Shown here piece by piece: positions 59,276 through 64,000 of a stretch of DNA of 64,000 bases; the stretch's first letter is position 1, and each line of letters opens with the position of its first letter. The notes beneath the pieces were generated by a model. It was not told the origin of the DNA. It did not search any database and saw only the letters and a list, made by a program, of their open reading frames with translations. A program made the translations under genes and the position numbers. Origin of the DNA: a virus (lineage: Duplodnaviria > Caudoviricetes); the IMG/VR virus record IMGVR_UViG_3300015214_000001, positions 1 through 64,000 of that record. One strand, written 5' to 3'.

Positions 59276-61234
59276 TTAATCAGTGCGCTTTTTACTCCAA
59301 TCAATAGACCGAACTTCAAATGGCGAACTTACTCCATGCGATTGTTTGCGTTGCTTAAATGGGATTGGTGGCATTTTAGAATCGGTAGCGTGATCTTGAA
59401 TATCAATTAGCGCCATCCGTAATGATGGTGAGCTTCGATTATATCCCGAGCTATCTAATTCCAGCGAATAAATAACATCAACACGATCAAGTGTCATGTC
59501 TGAATCTAAAATATGTGCCATGAACCACCCATTTGCATTGACTTGGTTTCCCTTATCGTCACACAAAGTCATTTGCAGATGCTTCTTAGATTTACTCCAT
59601 GCTTTTGCATCCAAAACACGAAGGTTCTTTGTCACAATACGAATATTAGGGAAGTCCTTGCCATACGGTTCTAAATAGCGAATAACCTCATATAAGCTCA
59701 TATCAATTTCTGAAACATCAACTTCAATATCAGCTTGAATGGCTGCGGGTTGCATGTCTGCGACACTTGCATCTGCTAATGCGGTGATCGTGGTTACAAA
59801 CGCTTCCCTGTTCTTATCCAAGATACTAACGCCAACTGCCATATCATGCCCACCATGACCATTTAACAAGTGGTCACATGAGCGCAACGCATCAGCTAAA
59901 TTAAACCCATTAACAGACCGACCACTTCCAGACCACAATCTATCCATGTTATCTTCTTGATTGCCATCAACGCGGCTAGAAAACACAATGGCGGGCCTAC
60001 CAAACTTAGTGCCGATGTCATTAGCAATTAACCCAGATAGACCTGGTGGAACGCCTTCTACAAATTCGATAATAATAGATGGCAATCCGTGAGTATCTAC
60101 GTTTTTCTCTACAGCGCTAATAATACTTTCAGCATGTTTCTGTTGAAGCGCCTTGCGCTGTGTGTTTAAATCAACTACCTTGCGTGATAGTACTTCCGCT
60201 TCATCCATACTATCTGTCAGCAATAACCGCGTAGCTACGTTAGGGTCGTCAATGCGACCAGTGGCGTTAATCGGCGGGGCAATGCTAAACCCAATAGTTG
60301 TCGCATCCATCGCGTTAATGTCAATTGGATAATACCCATGAGCATCAGATGTGCAATATGCCTTCAAACCTAATGATGGTTCGGCATGGATACGAGCCAA
60401 ACCACGCTTGACGAAATCGCGGTTTTCAGGGGCGCTCATTGGCATCATATCAGCTACAGTGCCGATAGCCACGTATTCGATCAGGCTATCCATAACCGAT
60501 GCCTTCCTTGCTTTATCAATATTCGCTACATCATAAAGCGCATTCATGAATTTATATGCTACACCAACGCCAGCAAGCATATTAAAAGGGTATGTGCAAT
60601 CATTCTGCTGAGGGTTAATAACTGCTATTGCATCTAATGGCAAAGCAGTTGGGTCTACAGAGTGATGATCGGTTACAATCACGTCAATACCCAATTCAGC
60701 TAAAATTTTCACTTCTTCTCGAGCTTTAATGCCATTATCAACTGTGATAATGACATTGAGGCGCTCAACATTATATTGTTCTAATGTCTTTTGAACAACT
60801 TGGGCTTTAATGCCATACCCATCTGAACGTGTTGGGACTTTATAGATAAGGTTAAAGTGACCACCAACAACTGGATTACTTTCAGACACTAAGTTGAAGG
60901 GAATGTTTAAAATATTGCATAAACGAGTTAGCCCCTTAATCATAAGGACAGTGGATGTAATGCCATCGGCATCATAGTCACCAAATATCATCATAGTTTC
61001 ATTAGCATAGATGGCATTAATGATTCTTTGAACACCTTCTTTCATGCCCTTCATTTGGAAGGGGTCTGTATCATAGTCAATGCGATCATTTAAAATTTGC
61101 TCAATCGCTTGACGATTTAAACCTTGAGATTGAAAGTATTGCAATAATTTTGGGTGTAGTTGTAAGTCAACCATCGTTGCTTTAAATTCTTCTGTTAATG
61201 GTTGAGGCAATAACCATTTGTTTCTTTGTGTCAT
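59276..61234 (-). CDS. recJ: Single-stranded-DNA-specific exonuclease RecJ
   Basis: GDYDADGITS, ITVDNG, TDHH, LAGVGVAYK, GTVADMM, INATGR, GSGRS, GGH. Confidence 0.95.
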   Translation of the reverse strand: MTQRNKWLLPQPLTEEFKATMVDLQLHPKLLQYFQSQGLNRQAIEQILNDRIDYDTDPFQMKGMKEGVQRIINAIYANETMMIFGDYDADGITSTVLMIKGLTRLCNILNIPFNLVSESNPVVGGHFNLIYKVPTRSDGYGIKAQVVQKTLEQYNVERLNVIITVDNGIKAREEVKILAELGIDVIVTDHHSVDPTALPLDAIAVINPQQNDCTYPFNMLAGVGVAYKFMNALYDVANIDKARKASVMDSLIEYVAIGTVADMMPMSAPENRDFVKRGLARIHAEPSLGLKAYCTSDAHGYYPIDINAMDATTIGFSIAPPINATGRIDDPNVATRLLLTDSMDEAEVLSRKVVDLNTQRKALQQKHAESIISAVEKNVDTHGLPSIIIEFVEGVPPGLSGLIANDIGTKFGRPAIVFSSRVDGNQEDNMDRLWSGSGRSVNGFNLADALRSCDHLLNGHGGHDMAVGVSILDKNREAFVTTITALADASVADMQPAAIQADIEVDVSEIDMSLYEVIRYLEPYGKDFPNIRIVTKNLRVLDAKAWSKSKKHLQMTLCDDKGNQVNANGWFMAHILDSDMTLDRVDVIYSLELDSSGYNRSSPSLRMALIDIQDHATDSKMPPIPFKQRKQSHGVSSPFEVRSIDWSKKRTD

Positions 61235-61314
61235 AGTAATGCTCCTTATTAAATTAAATCGCCCCTTGCATGAATATCTCAGAAAGGGGCGATTAGGGTG
61301 ATAAAATATTATCT

Positions 61315-62460
61315 CTATCGGATAGCCATCGGCATAATTACATAAACGCGGTTATCAACGTCTCCTTCTGGGCGAATAGTGGCAGGGTGTGATGATCCAG
61401 CGCTTTCAATAACAACCCGTTCAGTTGAGACTACTTTAAGAATATCAAGTAGATACTTGATATTGAAGGATAATTCTAGCTTTTCACCTTCAATGAACGC
61501 ATCAACTACTCCCTCATTGTCGCCTGATTGAGTGCTTTTACTCGCAATTTTCAATACGCCGTGTTCTGTGTGTGATTGAGGCGGGGTGGCGGTTAAATAA
61601 CCACTAAAATAATTATCACGGGCAAAAATCTCTGCACGCTGACAAGCCTTGGCTAAATCTTCACGATCAGCCACGATTTGCGTATTATATTGGCGCGGAA
61701 TAATTGCGCGGAAGTCAGGAAAACGTCCTTCTAACAATTGAGCCGACATCGCAAAATTGCGCGTCGAGAATGTGATAATGTCTCGATCTGTTGGAAAACA
61801 AATTTCAACAGGGTTGTCATCGCCAGATAATAGTTTCGACAAAGTATCCAGAGATTTGGCAGGAATGACCATCTCAACTGGATTTTTGAAAGTTTCATCT
61901 AGCTTAATAGTAGCAACCGCTAGACGGTATCCATCAGCGGATGCCATAGTCATTGTGTCGCCTTCTAATAATGTGTAAACACCTGTCAGGATTGGACGAT
62001 TGTCGTCCGCTGCCGCAGAAAATGTGACGCTATTGATAATCACTCGCAGCTCAGAGGGGTTGAGAACCAAGTCAACTTGATTAACCGATGGCACAGAAGG
62101 AAACTCGTCAGCATCAATTCCTCGCAAGGTTGACTTTGATTTACCGCATTTCAACGTTGCGGATAATGTTTCTTCGTCTACTCTCAGATCAACCCGTTCA
62201 TTAGCCATCAAGTTGACTAAATCGCCAAGCGTCTTGGCTGGTAAGGTAATTGCACCAGCTGTTGCGATATTCGCGCCAACATAGGACGTAATTACTGTCC
62301 CGAGCGACATATTAACACTTGTTACTTCAAGGCGCGTTTCATCAGTTCTAATCAGCACATTGCCTAACACGGGCAATGTCGGACGCGACTCGATGTTTTT
62401 TGCCGTTGCTTTCAATGCTCGGTCTAAATTCTCTTTAATTACTGTAACAGAAATTGCCAT
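61315..62460 (-). CDS. dnaN: DNA polymerase III beta sliding clamp
   Basis: TLPVLGNVL, RPILTGV, ADGYRLA, LLEGRFPDF, FNIKYLLD, VIMPM. Confidence 0.95.
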   Translation of the reverse strand: MAISVTVIKENLDRALKATAKNIESRPTLPVLGNVLIRTDETRLEVTSVNMSLGTVITSYVGANIATAGAITLPAKTLGDLVNLMANERVDLRVDEETLSATLKCGKSKSTLRGIDADEFPSVPSVNQVDLVLNPSELRVIINSVTFSAAADDNRPILTGVYTLLEGDTMTMASADGYRLAVATIKLDETFKNPVEMVIPAKSLDTLSKLLSGDDNPVEICFPTDRDIITFSTRNFAMSAQLLEGRFPDFRAIIPRQYNTQIVADREDLAKACQRAEIFARDNYFSGYLTATPPQSHTEHGVLKIASKSTQSGDNEGVVDAFIEGEKLELSFNIKYLLDILKVVSTERVVIESAGSSHPATIRPEGDVDNRVYVIMPMAIR

Positions 62461-62566
62461 TTATATGCTATGCTCCTTATTATGCTTTATGTTATTCTAT
62501 ATTGCCTATGCGTGATAAGCAATACTCAATTTCAGTCTCTTACAATATATAAGAGACTGAAATTAT

Positions 62567-62590
62567 AAAAACGTGGAATTCCACGTTTTT
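62567..62590. repeat. 24-bp palindrome, copy 10 (perfect)
   Basis: AAAAACGTGGAATTCCACGTTTTT. Confidence 0.95.
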
Positions 62591-62598
62591 ACTTTGTT

Positions 62599-62880
62599 CT
62601 ACTCTTCTTTTGGCGTTTGGGCAACTTCTTGTTCAATCATTGTTTTTCGTTCTGGTTTAACATGCTTTTGATCTCTTGCTACCCATGCAAGAATATCGGT
62701 AATATCTGAATAGACATATACTGACACATGCTCCATCCCAGCTGAGAAAAGAACTAACATATCTTCATGTGGTTGAACTGTAATGTCGCCTACACTTGAA
62801 AAACGCGCAACAACCGAACCATCCGAACGCTCTGCAATCGGGATGACATAGTGCGTTGCTGGTGTGTGTATATTAGTCAT
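62599..62880 (-). CDS. Hypothetical protein
   Basis: 93 aa ORF. Confidence 0.7.
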   Translation of the reverse strand: MTNIHTPATHYVIPIAERSDGSVVARFSSVGDITVQPHEDMLVLFSAGMEHVSVYVYSDITDILAWVARDQKHVKPERKTMIEQEVAQTPKEE

Positions 62881-63247
62881 GCTTTACTCCTACATTAAAC
62901 CAATCACCAATGCTGATTGTCTCTCTCTTGTTAGATAAATCGTTTTTGAATTGTTCTGCTTCATCCTCGCTGAGGATTAAAAACATAAACTGAGGCTGAT
63001 CTATAATTAATACTGTGCATAAATCTGCTTGTTTATATCCACATACGCTTAATACCACATCTGGATCATAACCTTCCACTAATCGCTGGTGAAAGTCATT
63101 TATATCAATTTGAAGTTCGTCTAAATGTTGCCTCATTAATCCATTAACAACATTATTAACATCGGTTAAGTTATTGCGAGCAATTTCTAACAGAGCGTCG
63201 CTCACAAGTGGCGATAAAATACAATCAATGGGGTAATTAAGATTCAT
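62873..63247 (-). CDS. Hypothetical protein
   Basis: 124 aa ORF. Confidence 0.7.
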   Translation of the reverse strand: MNLNYPIDCILSPLVSDALLEIARNNLTDVNNVVNGLMRQHLDELQIDINDFHQRLVEGYDPDVVLSVCGYKQADLCTVLIIDQPQFMFLILSEDEAEQFKNDLSNKRETISIGDWFNVGVKHD

Positions 63248-63725
63248 CGCCTATTTCTTCACCCTCTAAATTTACGTTAAAAACTTCACTAAGATCAATT
63301 GCTGATGATGGCTCATCAAATAGTTCTTTTAATATCCGCAAAGCATTGCTATTTTCAGCAGATAAATCAATACTCTGTGCTAGAAACGCAACAGATGATA
63401 GCCGCGAATTAAGCATGTTGATCTCGTTAATTGCTTCAATGAGATGTATGGTCACACTTTGCATTAACTGTGGCGATACGGCCAAAAAACTTGCGTACAT
63501 GCTAGGACTAAACGATGTACTATCGTCATTGCGAACATCAGCGATAACAAGACGTTCACCAGTCGTCGCTGTAGCAACGATGTGATATTTGTCTTGGCGA
63601 CTAGATGGTTGCGATTTAATCTCGCTATCGACATCAATTCCGCTATCTTCAATGATTTCAAGAATTTTTTGTAATGCTTCTGTACTAGGATAAGACATCT
63701 TCTTCTCCCCCGCCTTGCATGACAT
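63237..63725 (-). CDS. Hypothetical protein
   Basis: 162 aa ORF. Confidence 0.7.
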   Translation of the reverse strand: MSCKAGEKKMSYPSTEALQKILEIIEDSGIDVDSEIKSQPSSRQDKYHIVATATTGERLVIADVRNDDSTSFSPSMYASFLAVSPQLMQSVTIHLIEAINEINMLNSRLSSVAFLAQSIDLSAENSNALRILKELFDEPSSAIDLSEVFNVNLEGEEIGDES

Positions 63726-64000
63726 CTAATACCCTATTTTTATGCTTTTTTCGTTCAGCAATGCGCTTTGTAGCATCTGCAATCTTACCGAACGAATTAA
63801 AGCCCTTGAGACTTTCATGTAGTTGTGCAAAGGTCTCAGTGGTCAGAACACGTTGTGTAGCATCTATAATGCGTTTTTGTTCTGAATTAATAACCAACAA
63901 ATCACGTAAATCTTGATCCGAAGCATTGCCACTACTTCCTTGACTTCCGCCTAAATCCATATATTTCACAAGATCAATTAAAAATCTGTGTGTTTCGGAA
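63685..64000 (-). CDS. Hypothetical protein, probably 5'-truncated by window edge
   Basis: Reading frame remains open toward the end of the window. Confidence 0.55.
   Translation of the reverse strand, partial: SETHRFLIDLVKYMDLGGSQGSSGNASDQDLRDLLVINSEQKRIIDATQRVLTTETFAQLHESLKGFNSFGKIADATKRIAERKKHKNRVLDVMQGGGEEDVLS

Noticed and set aside
6420-62590. 24-bp palindrome as a CRISPR repeat
   Set aside because: Copies are kilobases apart, there are no 30-40 nt spacers and no cas genes.
6420-62590. Palindrome as canonical parS
   Set aside because: The half-sites are in the opposite order to TGTTCCACGTGGAACA, so this is only a resemblance.
496-63916. Numerous 60-150 aa ORFs antisense to or nested in longer genes
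   Set aside because: These are shadow ORFs without RBS or motifs.
1-64000. Alternative genetic code, or prophage/integrase boundaries
   Set aside because: Coding density is high under the standard code, with all three stop codons used. No integrase, att site or host-gene junction was seen.

Overview
This is a gene-dense, AT-rich 64-kb segment that looks like the early/accessory and DNA-metabolism region of a large (jumbo-type) phage. The host may be a Chloroflexota bacterium, judged only from my recollection of DnaN/SSB sequence style. No structural, integrase, rRNA or CRISPR features were seen. Most of the ~95 CDSs are short hypotheticals on the minus strand, many in paralog arrays. Recognisable genes are dnaN, recJ, ssb, an M48/YgjP-family protein, a MazG-like pyrophosphatase, a nucleotidyltransferase, an amino-methyltransferase, a DUF6610-like/GNAT fusion, an RloA-like AAA ATPase, an ASCH protein, a PD-(D/E)XK nuclease, a DUF5131 protein, a GIY-YIG/T5orf172 protein and an RpoA-CTD-like protein. 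The most unusual signals are non-coding. (1) Two tandem 77-79 nt RNAs with their own promoter look like the isolated alanine-accepting tRNA-like domain of tmRNA, with no mRNA domain. (2) 23 G8-9/C8-9 tracts: 16 lie in sigma70 promoter spacers and four coincide with coding frameshifts (phase variation or homopolymer sequencing error). (3) Ten dispersed copies of a 24-bp palindrome. (4) A ~250-nt highly structured RNA-like element at 11.5 kb. (5) A ~1.1-kb non-coding origin/terminus-like region at 20 kb. All family assignments are from motif recognition, not database searches.
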